A DNA stretch of 64,000 nucleotides from Trichoplax adhaerens (GCF_000150275.1 NW_002060945.1:2255172-2319171); one strand, 5' to 3'. Numbered from the stretch's first letter, positions 25,738 through 41,378 are shown. Translations and numbers: made by a program. The notes: generated from the sequence alone by a model not told the origin.

Positions 25738-28700
25738 GATTGTGTTGCTTGCAACATAAATCAGCTGGTTGAATGCTACTTAATATCATAAAATACGATA
25801 TCAAGTGCCAATTGATATTGTATTTACTCCAAGGTTACGTAATATAAAAAATCGAATATGTTGTCAACGGTGCTAAGAAATAATATCTTTTATCCTATTC
25901 AAGATAATCCCCACACCTCATTTCGCAATTCTTAATTGAAATGATAATCATATCGGAAGTTACTGGTTACATACTATCAATTTTTAGCATCAATTACTGC
26001 TAGCTATACAGCTTAAAGTAGCCTAATAGAAAAATTTCTATGACAAAATCCATTACTGACGTAATTTTTACTTGGTGCCTCGTATCATTCTTACACTTGA
26101 AGGTATTTATAGTTGGGCAATACAGGTTTCTACTATGATCTACGGTAGTACATATATAAGCTATCCTTACTACTTTAAGATATATCGAAAGAAATCGTTT
26201 TATAGTACGGTTCTGTCTTACTATTCCAGTATGTGCAGGACCAAAGGAGAAATCTTTTTCATCACAGATGAAATTATAAATATTTTTACACTATCGAATT
26301 AGAGCTGCAGCTATTTTAACTATAATATCACCGTCTGAAATGATATTAGTATCGGGTAAGTTAATAATTTTTGTACTATAGTAAGAAAATTAATTTAATA
26401 AAAATCAAATAATTATAAATCTAAGTTTCCTATTCTATACATAAACTCGAGCCTAGAAAACTCCCACTTATTGCTTTCATCATGTACATCTCGAACGATA
26501 TTTATAGACAAAATCAAGTAATTGCAGGCCTCTATTTAAAAGAAAGTTATCGTAAGGATGTTCAAACTGCAAATTTCATAGAGAAGATGTTTCAAATTTT
26601 TCAGTTTATTGTTAGATCTATGATTATATAACGTCTAGAAAGTTAGAAAAATAAAATTTATTCATCGTATCAACTACATTTATAATTTACATCCCAGTTT
26701 CTCCATAGTATAAAACTTAAGTCTATTTTCTTGTGTGAATGTCACAATCATAGTTACTACAATTGCAAACGAATAGAACTTTTCTGACTGTCCCTGAGAG
26801 ATGTAACTCATAAATTTTATAGTTACTCAAATAAACGGATTAAATTATTAGGTTTACGCGTATGTCAGTAAATTATTTCCCAAAATCTTGCTATACTTAC
26901 ACTATAATTTGCGCTTATCCCACTACAGTACATTTAACAAACTAGCCCTAGTTTATTTTTTAATCAATATTTTACGTGTAATTTAATGGCAATTTCTTTT
27001 AAGAGAACTAGTACGAATGTTGAAAAAGCAATGAGACCTAAGCAAGGATTAATTTTTTCGTATCAATAACGCCCCTGACACTTTGTATCAAATGTTTAGT
27101 ATAACAGCCTAATGTAATATCAAATTGATTCAATTTCTTAATATACTGTATAGTAATAGTAAAAGACTGTTTATTACTCGGTCATAACAACTAGTACTAA
27201 ATATTCACAACTATATATAAATCATTATGCATACTAGCTGTAATATATGTAAAGATTTCTTTTGGCTATATTTTTTAAATGTGTATAAAAAAAGTAATGT
27301 TCTTAATCTGAACGATAATTAAATCATTACTCGACAGAATAACACCAAAATTGCAATTTATCACAAATCCTGCATACAGAATATTGATACAGAGTCAAAA
27401 TGATTCAATAGAATCCTTACAGTACTAAATATGCAAAATTATTTAACTTAGAGTTGAGTTTAATGTTTAGTTGATTAAAAAACTAATACAAGTATCAAGT
27501 TAAAGTGACTAATTCATGTCGTCAAAAATTGGATAATCATAAGTATTTTTACTTCGATCGTAATTTCCATCTTTGCAGATTAATGTTTTATTCAAATAAC
27601 TAAAGTAACTAATCACTTAAATCAATTATCATCACGATCTTCTCCCAATTCTTGACTATAAAGGAAACACTATATTATTAGAACTATTCAATCTAACCAT
27701 ATCTCAAGATGAGTACTCGATTTCGATGTAATCTGACGCGTAGAAGACAGATAGACCATGGATAGTCAAGTACTGTATAATGAACATTTAAAATGATCGT
27801 ATTTTTTCTTAAATTCAGTATTTGAAAGATTAACAGAACGGTATAACTCAAAGGAAATCATAGATCAGATTTAAAGCTTACAAGTTTTCTACCTTTATTG
27901 TGATCTAGTTATGAATTAGTGTCTTGCTACCGATAACATTTTATCTGTCAGTTTAATGCGCTTATTGTACTTGTATGGTCTATTATTATCAAATAGCAGT
28001 CCTGAAATTTTAATAGGTGAAGCCTCCGATATACTTTTAAGCTATATCCCAAATACTATCTAAAAGTTTTAGATTTATTTTTTCCATCGTAATAGAATGA
28101 AATTACCAAGTAACTACTCTCTAATTTTTTTGATCATTTTCTATCGAATCAAAATTGATCAGTAAAATTTTGCTAAAATAATTATTGACGGTTACCGTTT
28201 CCAAATGGAGTAAAAAAATCATCCAAAGGTTATTAACTTACTCAATAAAAAGAAAAAATATTTAAAAAGTATCAATTAAAAGTGGATAGAGTCCACAATA
28301 CGGCAAAGATAATTATTACTAAGCTATTACCGTCTTCATATTTCAACTGCTGTATAGAAAATTTCTCCATAACGCTTTTCCGATCTCAACTGGAATATCA
28401 GGTTTGATAAAATGGTTCGATAAGCATCAACATAGAATGAACCGAGAATAGTCTAATTGTATCTCTAATCTGCGTCTTTTTTTTCCTTACACACCCTTTT
28501 GATAATTTCTTGAATATGGATGATAATGGAATCTAAGATGATATTCTTTCGGTTTTAATGTTACTGAGGATGAATATAAATCAGCTTACAATGATAATGG
28601 TAGCTTAATTACATAATTGGAGACACAACTAATAAATTTTCTAGCTGGAAAAATGGTGTATATGGATTACGGCAATTAATGGACGTATGATACTTATCAT

Positions 28701-29568
28701 CCAATTTCTGGATATAGGGATATGATTTTCCAGTACGAATTGATGCAATGCTCTAAATACTTTATCCTGTACTTTTATGCAATTTTTTGTACCCAGTATC
28801 GAATGAACTAAAAAAAGCAAGGAATGATATTTATCTTGAGTTTAACAAAGGTTCTGTAGTAAATAAAGGCAAACCACTTGCTTAATCAACTACACTAAGA
28901 CAGAATAGTCAGCATGCGATTGGCCCGAAGGAATGGTCTGGTAGTAATAGTTGCCTGTAGCAGATGACAAAAATGGTGATCCTAAATAGTAATAAAACGT
29001 GATCTTTTTTAACTGTAGTCAATTCTTTCCTTTCAAAGGAATCAGTATTTCGTCGAGAATAGTTTCACTCGCAGTCCAATTTATTATGGTATTAATTCGA
29101 AATTGCTATGGTAGTACCAGCGTAGAGTAATCAACATGACGTATGTTAAAATGATTGAAGATAGGGACAACGATGTATTCCAATCATAAGACGATGGTGA
29201 AGATCAATTTCATAGATCAGTTAACAGCAAGTTTAGATATACATCAAGAATATCTCTTACATGAATTTAAAGGACGATTGAAATCTTGGCCGAATTTTTT
29301 TAAAGTTTCTAATAGTTAATTATAGATCGACGAAATGCTACTTGAATAATCATACGGTAGAATTGACCCCATAATTTTATATGCTAGCAAATTTAAGGGA
29401 CTGTAAGCGGCAAAGAATGGAAAGGTAGGTAAAATTAAGTCTTAATCATCACTACCATGGAGACAAATATCAATATTTAGCGATTTCATTAAAGTGACAA
29501 TTGAAATTAAAATACCAACTGACTATTAAAATTTTAATACTCTATTCACTTACTCAAGTCGTTAGTTG

Positions 29569-29885
29569 CAATACTTCTAAACAATGATATGAATTGTCTC
29601 CAATTATTTATTCCACCGATCATTCTATTTAAAGAGGCGCATTTTTAACCGATTGAGTAAGAAAATAAAAGCTGCAATACCTCCTAACAGTGATAGTAAT
29701 TATCCCTATCACTCATTCTCATGACTATAATATGTAATGTAAGGGATATTTAACCGATTGAATAAGGAAATAAAAGTTACAATACTCCAAACGGCAATAT
29801 GAATTGTCCCCACTTATTTATTCCACCTATCGTCCTATTTATCGTAAGGAATTTCTAACCGATATCGATTAAGTAAGGAAATAGA
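29569..29885. repeat. Degenerate tandem array, ~105-bp unit x3
   Basis: ATATGAATTGTC...TTATTTATTCCACC and TAACCGATTGAxTAAG.AAATAAAAG recur. Confidence 0.8.
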
Positions 29886-30899
29886 GGTCTGTAGGTTATA
29901 TTTTAAATCCTTATAAATTATCTTTTAAGCGACGAGGATAAGTGATTGAAATATGTTTACTTGGATACCTCCGTTTAACGTTTTGACGCTATTGCTTCCA
30001 TTCCTTATTATTACAAAATTGACTAGAAGTTTACTTTGCTTGAAACTGTTTATTTACATCTATTATTCAACTTGATACTATTCCAACCAGTTGATGACCG
30101 ACTTCAATTTAAAGACGTCAATATTGAATGATTGGTTATCAATAAATTATGGCTAGATTTTCGGTCTCGATTTGCTCATAAAATAATGATCCAATGAGAT
30201 TGCAGTCATTTTTAATCATCAATAATATTGGATTCCGTCGTCATTATGTCATCATCGGCTATTCTGTCATTTTTAGTAGCCAATTGTTAATAGTATCATC
30301 ATAATCATGAAGAGATTACTAAGCGCTGTAGATACTTTTAAGTTCGACAGATACAAATGGAAAAACTCAGCATTACGATTGAAATTAAAGCAAAATTACG
30401 TCATGTTTCTGTAATTAACTTCAATCTGAATCAATACATTAGAAAGTAAATTATAATGATGGCATTACAGTGAATCCTTAGAATCAGTTACTTCCAATTG
30501 ATGAATGTCATCAATTAAATCATCTAAGTAGGTAGAGAGCGTTAATGGTACTGAAACTAGAATGGTAAGGGTAACAGCATAGACTACAATTCAAAATTAA
30601 ATCATAAGAACAACACCATTCTTTCTTAATTGATGTCGGTTGGCTACGGCCTTAAACAGTCTTGAACGAATAAAAAAGAGTAGATGAAAATATCGCTTTC
30701 TTGATAGACTGTATAGAGAATAGTAATAAATCGCCTAGTAGGATTCTAATACGTACCGTTATGCTTAAAGCTAAAAGAACAGCTTTGAAACGTTGAAAAT
30801 AATCGACATCAACATGAAATCGAAAGAAAGATAAAATGTAATGCTTGCGGATGATTATACGGCCAGTGATCTAGAAAATTGATGAATTATACTTTTATT

Positions 30900-31450
30900 T
30901 GCATGTATGGTGGACTACAGCGATGTAGTCATAAATTAGAGTCAAGAATGTTGGTGGTGAAAACTTGAAGGGCTAGGGTAGAAAATATTAAAGATTTGAT
31001 ATCGATATAAATTTATGTCTAAAAAGGGAGAGAGTTAATTTCTGACAATGCTAACCTAATAAACTAAAAAGTGATTCCATTAAGATTTCTTCTAGAATGC
31101 TGTAGACTACATGAAAATGGCTATAGATGTATTTAGAGAGAATACTACTGATATCAGAAAGATAGGGGTAGAAATATTAGCAATAGTCAATATTAAACTC
31201 GAAAACACATCTAAAGGGAGGAGTGATTACGGTATTAAACTAATTTGAACTAGTAAGTGATTCTATTAAGATCTCTTCTAGAATAGACTGCATGAAAATG
31301 GTCATAAATGTGGTTAGAGAGAGCACTAATGACGCAAGAAAGATAGTGATCGAGATATTAGCAGTAGTAGATATAAACCTTGAAATCATTTCTAAACGAA
31401 GGCGATTGGTCACAGGATTAAACTGATTCGATCTAGAAAGTGACTCAATG
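30900..31450. repeat. Degenerate tandem array, ~187-bp unit, 2-3 copies
   Basis: GTGATTCxATTAAGATxTCTTCTAGAAT...GACTxCATGAAAATGG...AGAAAGATAG recurs. Confidence 0.82.
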
Positions 31451-32221
31451 GCAATCATTTTTATGAGATAGATTGTATGCACATAGTGATAGAAAATAAA
31501 ATCTTTAATAACTATAGGCATGGAAATAGGTTTAATCCCTGATCATGATGCGATGGAGCGATTGCTCGAGTTATCGAGGCAGAAAGTAAATCTTTTCAAA
31601 ATACTACTCCATCATACGAAACGAATTCTAACATAAGCTCGATAGGAGCACCTTTCCATCGAACTATTATCGGCATTAGCATAAAAATTACTGCAGAAAA
31701 TTCATCAATGAACATCAGCTAGCACTACATTACCGTAGATCATTCTTAAATGGAATAGTTCATCTCTAAAAATGAGCTACATCATTTAGGTGTTCACTAA
31801 GAATTAAGTAGCTGGATATTTGTTGGCATTAATTGTATTTTATAACACTATAAGCACCAAATTATAAAGGTAACTTGAAAATAGATAGCGGCTCCTCCCA
31901 TCCGCTCCATTAAAAGTTAAACCGAGGCTATATGAAGATAAATATACTTTTCGTGTTATAGTTACATTTAATATGCATTTGATCACTCATTCCCAATGGA
32001 TAAAAAGTCTAAGACTATTGATTTTACAGGGATAGATAGACGTATTGTCGATAATTATGTTCTCTGCGGATACCATTATCCTTATTTACTCAGGTAGAAA
32101 GTTACCTCCTAGGTACCGTTCTCAATGCTATTTTAATCAGTTATAATAGTCAAATGACAGCTAAACACTTATAGCCAATATTTGGAAATTACTACCTAAT
32201 GTTGTTGGATCGATATTACGG

Positions 32222-32420
32222 TAGCCGATGCTCCAAGTTAGATTTTAGTTTAGATTAATGATTAAAGCTTTTTTGTTTGAGTCCTTTCATAGATTTATTA
32301 ATCAGTAATGTCGTTGCATCGATGTTCGGGTGGTCGATGCTCCAACTTGAAAGCTAAGTTTAGAATGACGATTGAAGCCTTTCTATATCAGAGATGTTTA
32401 TAGATTTAATTATCAGTCAC
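32222..32420. repeat. Tandem duplication, ~110-bp unit x2
   Basis: CGATGCTCCAA...AGTTTAGA...GATTxAAGC...ATAGATTTA occurs twice. Confidence 0.7.
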
Positions 32421-35400
32421 ATAGAATTGATTTCATTACGGTAAATATTACAGTTTTAGGCTGGATCTATGATAAAAAAAAGGGAAAGCTATCTGAAAGA
32501 ATATTTATTAGAATATTTATTTATCCATATATTAGGCTTAATTGCATCAGGATACAAGCTGCAGTATTAAATGAGACCTGTGATGAAGATGAAGGTTATC
32601 CTTTACTTATAATAGTTATTTGTACATGTAGAGATTTACCTCAACAGTAAAAAATTAGTTTTGCTGTAGCAGATTGTACAAACTTAAAATATTTCTAATT
32701 AATAGAAATTACTTTATCTCCACATTCTATTTAGTAATTTTGGGAGATTCAGTGCAATTTTAGATTGATTCAGTCTCTCTGTATTAAAGTAAGCGTTAGA
32801 ACATAATAAAATGGATCAAATTTGATGAAGATACTGTCTCTTATGACTTGCGCATGAAACGATATAGTTTTCAATAAAATTTGCCTTTAATTTTAAGGGA
32901 ATTATAAATATCGACTAGATATTGTCTGATATACCGGTAGTAGGGATCGATGAAGTCAGAGTTGTTAATTAGAGAGAAATAGCTTTATATTATTATAATT
33001 GTGATATCCGATATTTAGCTAAACCAAAAATCATGAGTACGCTTGTACAATTATCAACAACGCAAATTAAATTCTTAGCAAAATATGGAAAGATTCTAAT
33101 ATATATGTAGCACGAGCTTCACGCGTAAAAACTAGACACAAAAAGTACCCAGATTCAATCCTTAGCCTAGGGCAATTGAAAAATAGTCAATTGCCGTTAT
33201 AAACCAGTAACATATTGCTTACATCATATGAATTTAATTAACTATGATCAGATCGATAATGAAGGTTTTCCACTATTTTAAGACTATAGATATTTAATGT
33301 TAAGATAAATTATAGTCAAGTACTATCTTGAAGATTTACTTGTTTATGAACTTATTTCACAACATTCTAGTATATTATACACGTAATATGTCAACAAAGC
33401 GAAATTTTAAGGTGGACTGCATTAAATAACAAAGATAATTAAGCATCGACAGTAAATTGAGGATGGAAATAGTGTAGAATAGAAGAATAAGCAATTCTAC
33501 AAATATAATAACTTTCTAGTTAATAGCTTTAAGAATCATGCCATCAAATGCGAAACTAGAGATTAATTATAGTACTGTTGATATACAAATAAACTGAATA
33601 TGAACGCAGTATGCAAGCAGAATTAGATATAGCATCGAAATAAAGATTTCAATGTAACTATTTGTGAATTGTGGAAAAATTATTAAGCAGAGGTGTAATC
33701 GGGTCCCATTTGGCGATTTCTAACAGTAATACTTACGAAAATTATATCTTCATTTATAAGAAATACCTCATGAATTATGCTATTGTTAACTGCCTACCAT
33801 TCCAAAATGTTATTCATAACTTTAAGGAAATTTTTTTGTCTGAACTTGTTCTCATTTACTAGACTAAGCTCTTTAAGTTGCTAATTCATTTGATTGGTAA
33901 TATACCGATATTGGATACACCCAATGCCCATCATCTCATATAATATAAAATATACATGAGTAGTACGATATAATCATAAGTTAACCAACTGAAAAAATAA
34001 AATTTAGCCATATGAAAAATATTCTAATATTCATCGTACGCTTGATAAAAAGTTATAACATTATGGTTTCAAATGTGTATAGGATCTAAAAATAGAGCTG
34101 TATCTGGCTTCCTTAATTCTAACATCAGATGGCCTAGGAGTAGTTTCCTAGTTCAAAAGACCATTAAAATTCTGATATTAAAATCTTAAAGTCCTATCGT
34201 AAATATGTATAATTTCAATTGGATCGAATGTGATAAAAATGTGCCATTATCATTTTGTTTTCTATAAGACAGTAGCTTATCCCACGTTCAGATTTGATTA
34301 TGTAATAAGTAACCGTAATATTAGCCCAATTAGTCACTTTTTGTAGGCAGTGGAGGAAGTGATATGCTGTAAGATTATCGTGATATCGGAAGAACTTTTA
34401 AATTTTACTGAATTTATGTAGAATATTTTACTGGCTAAATAACGTTCGAGATTCCAATAGCGGATCCAGTAACCCTCCTATGCAACATATTGCGGTACTT
34501 ATTTTAATTAAATTTAATAGTAATCATATCTTTATGAATAGCATTCACTAGATAAATTTAATGCTATTGATAGGAAGAGGAGATAGCGTTAAATCTAAAC
34601 TCTGAAACATCTGTGAACTATCCAAAATATCATACAGCACCACTTTAATGAGTCTATAATAACACATAAGCTTATTTTAATGTCCTTCAATTAAATTGTT
34701 TAAAGTCCATCAACAATTCCCCATTCGTAGCTAATACAAGTAGACAATTGTGTCTGTATTGGTATATCAAAAAATCTTAAGTCTATAGCAAATTGTAAAC
34801 GAGTATATATGTTATATATATAATATCAACAAATGAAGTTTCTATTGTATATAGAAACCGTTGCTATGGCTATTGCGAGTAGAAGAGTTACTCTGTAGTC
34901 GCTAGTTCGAACTTCAACAACGGCTTAAATTGCCTTAACATGACGCATAATTTGATGCATTTTTATCCCATTGCTAAGTACTGTAATTAATTACCCTTGC
35001 TTAACTAATAAAGTTGTACTCTCCTGTAATATGCTTTAGTAAGTGTATAAGCCTGCCAAAAGTGGGCAATGTTATACGATTTCAAAATATGTAGAGTTAT
35101 GAATAAAGATATTCTCCTTAATGCTAATTTTTCGGCTATGTACTGGTATAGCTATCCCCTGAAATCATTAAATCATTAAGAATTCACGTCAGCACTGGAG
35201 AATTTGAAGGAAGAAAGTTAGTGTTTTACAAATACGGGAGTAAGATATATCTCAAAAATCGGAATATTGATTAAAGTGGACAAAAGTATTACATAGTATG
35301 ACGCTATGAGACATCATTAACAAGTTAGACTAGAAAAAATTTTAGCAATAGACTAAGTGCACTTTCAATTACATTTATAAGAGTAAGATGTAGCCCTTTC

Positions 35401-38400
35401 AATTGAAATGTTGACGCGGGCTTGATTGTTCCTTTAGTAATTAAAAATAATGTTGAATATATGATTTTGAAACAAAATGATGAAGGAAATTTAAATTTAA
35501 GAAATTCAGTGTTCAACCGATTATCTTTATAAAGATAAGATATTGCTACAGCAGTTGTGATATTAGTAGAGTCCTATAATTTATTTAACGATTTAAAACT
35601 TGTGTAATATCATTCAAAATTGGAAAAATGATGCGAGATATTTGAAATTTAAAACATCAAGAATTTTTGATAACTCCATTTAAGAGCAAGATATCGCTGT
35701 GCGTATCGGAATATCGATAAAGTTTCGGGTACTAATTGATTTGACGATGTAGTTTTAAGCAATTTTTTGAAGAATTCGTACGATGATGTAAGATATCCAG
35801 GTGTATATTACTGTTAATACTCTACCAACTATATCAGTAGTATAAGATTAATGCGCGAACAACATAGCTCATAATATCAGATTTTAGTATTACTTGATAT
35901 AGCTACAGGACTATAGAGCATTAGGAATCTAAGAGAATGACCACAGAATTTGGGTTTGGACTGAATTCAGAAAATTACAAGTAGAATTGGTGGACCTCTA
36001 CTAGCCATACTTACATGATCAAGGTTTAACCCATAGGTTGTAGTAATGGAGTAATCTCGAGCAAAACTTATTACAAAGTTTAAATAGTCAATTGCATTGC
36101 TTATGACTCTAGCTACTGTTATAAGTCTTATTCCGCAAAATGTGAAAAACTTTGTTTAATTTGACGACGATTTTTACTACTTCTCTAATTCATTTCTTTC
36201 CCGTTTTACAGATACAATGCAAAACGTTTTACTTTAGGATATTGAAATGTGTTATCTTTTAACCCACTTATAAATAAAGAAGTCTAGTAGATTTCAAGAA
36301 TATATATTTACGGCTTAATACCACCTTTTATGGATATCAATGTTTTGTTTAACAAAAATATCTTTTCAAATTTGCAGTCAATAGAATAAAGATGTGTACA
36401 ATCATATATATCTAAATATATCTTGATGTGCAACTAAAGTAAAAAAATGCAAATATTAATAGTTCCATCGGTGTATCCAAGATACTCAAATGATCAATAA
36501 CGATTGTTAGTAAAACTGAAAAGGACGATATATTAGTAGATTATATACGACGTAGTGTTACAGCTACTATTTTCTATATGTGAATAGACGACGATAATCA
36601 GTGTGTATTCGCTAAAGAAATGTGAATTTAAATTGTACAAAGTATTCTTAAGTTGACCATATGGAGAAACAAACTAATGGGTGTTACGAATATTATTTCA
36701 GAATTGAGCACTAATTTTAAAACAGAACAAACAGACAGTAATAATATGATTCATCAATCCTATTGCAGCCTTAAAAGTAATATTAGAATTTTAGTCCGCT
36801 AGCAAGGAGCATGATAAAATAAGACAAACCTCATGGAATGAAAATTATAGCATGTCATAATCGAAATCGAATATACATTAGTAACTAATTGACTGATTCG
36901 AATTTTAACTTAGTATCAAACATTTAATTAAGATTAATCATACATTATGATAATGGCCGAAACTAATTGTAATAAAGATCCACTTTATTTAACCTAAATA
37001 AGCTTTCTTTCAGTTTTATCATTTGCCATCAAACTGTTTTAAATTACCAGTGGAAATAAATAAAATAAAAAAATAAAAAAAATCAATTGGTCTAAATTAA
37101 ATCTAAATTAATTCATGACACATTAATCAATTCATAAGCATAGCTAATTTATACTGTACGAATAATGTGGAGAAGGAGCTGTAAAGAAATTCGCGATTTT
37201 GACATAGTTTATATCGATGCATTAGCCCCTCAACAAATACACTTAAAAGATAGGATATGGATAGAGTAAAATATCGCTCTAATCCAGGATAAAATATCGC
37301 ATTAATTTATGATGTACATGGAGAAATTTGAATACCTCCTTTTTCCTTTTAAAATTAATTTAGCATTTTTCTTCCCTATCCATTAATTCTTTAAAAGTAG
37401 GATAATAGATAAAGTCTCGAATAGTAAAGTTGGTAATGAGGAAATCGATCCAAGATAGGATAAAATGATCGGTTAAAATAAAGTTGAGGGGAAATGAATG
37501 ATAGTCGTTAACGCTTACAAAATCAACATCACATTTTATCGGTCCGATTGAGTTGTTGAAAATATGAAATAATACTAAGATTTAAATTAGTTTAGGATAC
37601 TTTACCGAGCATGGGAATGATTCTTCTATCCGGCATATTTTTCCGTTAGATCAATTCGATCCGTTTAATTAGGTGAGCAAGGCTAGTAATTATCAACTTG
37701 GTGGCATGGATAGCTTAAAATGATGAAATGTTAACACTAAAGGAAGGTAAGATTATGTTTTTGGTACGTGATGTTGTGTCTATAATAAGGATTTGAATAA
37801 GGATGCCTCTAAAATCCAATATGCGGCCGTTTTGATTCTTCTAAATTATAGCCTGTGTTTTTCTATCTTCAGAATATGAAATGAGTTACTACCTTTCTAT
37901 AACATGATGGCGTATAATTATCTGCTTACCTAACTATGATGGACTATTATTACCTGACTGGATAATGATTGAGTCATATCATTTTATAAACAGCCATAAC
38001 AATTATCATGGACTGGCATTTTGTATAATCTTAAATAAATTCATCAACTCGATCTTACACCCTTGGAAATAATTATTTGTTCTTGTAATTGTTATTATTT
38101 CAATCAGTAGATACATTCATTATGTCAAGATACAAAAGCCAGTTAGAATAATGATTTTCTATGCAATTTTCTCTTAAATTGAAAGTTTTCAACAATTATT
38201 GTATTCTCGTGGGCTAAAGTAAACCATGCTTGACTTGAATAATACTACAATGTCCTGAAAATAACTTATTCAATTCATTTTCTGTTTCTGTTGTATCTAT
38301 TTTCCCTTTCCACACACTATACATTTCCCCGTCTATTTCAAAATGTTATTGATTTACGCTGTGAACATTTCATGATAGTACGATTAAGTACAGTGAAAAT

Positions 38401-40044
38401 AATTGATTAATAGCTGAACTACCATAGATAGATTCAATAGCGCCATGTTATTAATTAGACGTTATATGCAACAATCATATACTAGCAATTGTAATTGAAG
38501 ATTATTTCTAATCGATAAAATTCATGAGTTAGATATTGCTGTTGATCAGTTTAAATAAGATATAAAGTAAAAATGCTGCTACGAAATATAAAAGAATCCA
38601 TTTTTATTTAGCTACGATCGATCATAACAATTGTCAGGTATCGCTTGTTTTCCTATTTGAGTATTTTCTATCAATGTTGGCATTGTATCTCTAGGACAAT
38701 TTCTCATTCCAATTACTGTAGATGGTTTTATCATAAAAGATTAATCAACACTGTTCTATCAAGAAATAGATCATTGTTATGAACCATCGCATGGCAACAC
38801 TGTCCTGTTGATTTATTTTATAGCAGGATATTCTGTGCTTATCGTGATTAATTCGTGGATCGATTCAGAGTGTTGCTCAAAGAAATTTTGCAGCCAGAAC
38901 TAAAATTGCTATGCCTTGCTAACTAACTGGTTCAAATAGTAATTTATTCAATGCCAGCGAAAGCTTGGAAATCAATCCGTTTTAAGATTAACCCAAAAAT
39001 AAAGTTGTCTATAATATCCTGAACATTAACACATTGCTTGGAAGCTGACAATCAGTTATTAATATAATAAACTGACCAAGCTTGATTATGAAGAAGTTTT
39101 AAGATCGATTAATACTTTTGTTAAATATATCTTCCGATTTTTTATATACTTTGATCGTTAGATAACTAACAATAAGTTACGAACAAATTAGTTTAAGATC
39201 GATTAGCAGAAATACTGGAAAAAATTATACTCGAACTGTATAATCTAAGCAGCTAGCTATACATTACTCGCTAACTGACTTTAATTTACTAATTACAATC
39301 GTTGCCCAAAGTTAACAATTATGTAACACAAGATAGACTGATCAAGTTGCCGGCCCTATCTTAGGATGCGATGTTAGTGGTTAAAAGGGATTCTAATTTA
39401 CTGATTAAAAGCCAAAGATTGTTATTCACGATCGCTTGCGATCTAAATATAAGTTTTCCGCATCCCTTCTCTGATCATAATTACTAATTAATAGGCAAAA
39501 TTTGACTATGAAAGAGTGTAAGGTCAATTGATAAAGTTTATTTAAGACCGCTTTCGGCTTTCGAGCTTGTATATTAATTGTTAACTGCTCAACTACAAGG
39601 AACTAATTAGTAATAGCATAATAAAGCCTAAATGTAGAAAATGAAATTACTTTCCTACATTTAAACTATCTCAAGCATAAAAATTAGCTATTGTTGTTAC
39701 AAAATTACTAAATATTATGACGAGAACGCTCGCAGAGCCATAAAATATAGAGCTAAAGGAAGAGTTACTGTTTTAATCCACCAAAAAACCCATTTTCAAC
39801 GACATATTCTGAACGTTTTCCAATTTCTATTAAATTCATTCTAGAGTATGAGTTTATATAGCAATCTAACTTAACTTCAATTTTATTTCATATATCAACT
39901 CTATATCGTAGAACGGTAGTTTACAGTCAAATTTATTTCAACTATTATCCATATATTCTGATAGCCTTCGAATCTAAGTCGACATGTTAAGCATTTGTTA
40001 TATTCCTTAATAGCATTTCAACTTACTTTCAGGCTGATTTCAGC

Positions 40045-40365
40045 CATGAACTAATGTTCTTACAGCATTATAATTTTTACTAAGAAATCATTTCAAATCT
40101 AAACTATTGTGTACTTTCACATCAAGCGATATCTAAGTATTCAAGTAGTCTTGCAATTTTGTTTAGGGTTCACTGCAAGACCAGCGAACTAATCTGGTGG
40201 CTCTCTTATTTCTACTAGAGATCATTTCAAATCTTAACCACTAATGTCCAATTTATCATCCATATCAATTTGTATTTGAATATCCTAGTAGTCTAGCAAT
40301 TTCGTTTAGCACTGATTTTAAGGGCAACAAGCTAATTTAGTGTCTCTCTTATTTTTGCTAGAGTT
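40045..40365. repeat. Degenerate tandem duplication, ~140-bp unit
   Basis: ATCATTTCAAATCT, AGTAGTCTxGCAATTTxGTTTAG and CTCTCTTATTT recur. Confidence 0.75.
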
Positions 40366-41378
40366 CAATCCAATCATCAACTGCGGTACCTATCCAAGTA
40401 GCTCTGACGTACTCCTTTACATTTATTTCAAACATTGCCTATCCCAATAACATTCTAATGCACTCTATGACTCAATTCATAGATCAGCAAAATAATCTAG
40501 CAACAGTCCGGTTCACTTTGCATTTCAAGTATGACCAAACTAGTCGACAGATGCAAACATTGCCAGCTTTGCCTGTTCTAACTCAAAGTCTTCATAAACG
40601 GGATAAAGCATCAGGCGGACGTAACAAATTAATTCAAGTCTGTAAAAATGCACCGACTCTATAATAAAACTTTAATATTAATAATATTGGATTAGATTTG
40701 ATTTGTTCCGTTAAAGGAAATTAATTTTGATGGACGGCACAAGCTATCGCTGCTCACTAATTAAGTTATTAGTTGACAGCCTCTATCATGTCATGTGTAA
40801 AGTTATGTTATAATTACTTCCAATTCGAAAGTCAATAAATAAAATTAACTCAATAGGTTAAAGTAAGTAATATCTAGTTTTTCAGTCATTCAATCTCAGC
40901 TGAGACGAAATCCTTGACGTGATGACGATCTAAATACTTTATGAAGGTAAACCTAATTTATATTATATAGCAATATCTAGCAGATAGTTTCTAGCTAAAT
41001 CAATAAGAGTCTGTCAGCTCTTCCTTTTTGCCATAGTTACAATCAATATTAGAGTAATCCCGATCCAAAACAATAATAATCTTATTTTGAAATTTTATTT
41101 AAAAATCTTAGATACTGTTGTTGGCGACCTCGCTTGAAAGTGAAATAGCTTTTATATTTTATTCTGACAAAAAATGACTTATCGAATGGCAATGCTTGAT
41201 TATAATTCATTACTGAGCTAATCATAATGCTTAGGTGTATAACTTTCTTTTCTATAATAGCTAATTGGCAGCTACTCTTTTCATGCCTTCATTTTATTAC
41301 GATATTCTATCATTCCTTAATACTGACTGCATTTAGACAAGACAACTAATTGCTATCAGGAAAAGATGGCAATTTACC

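Noticed and set aside
31240-31521. 93-aa hydrophobic ORF
   Set aside because: Overlaps a degenerate tandem repeat; hydrophobicity is explained by AT-rich codons.
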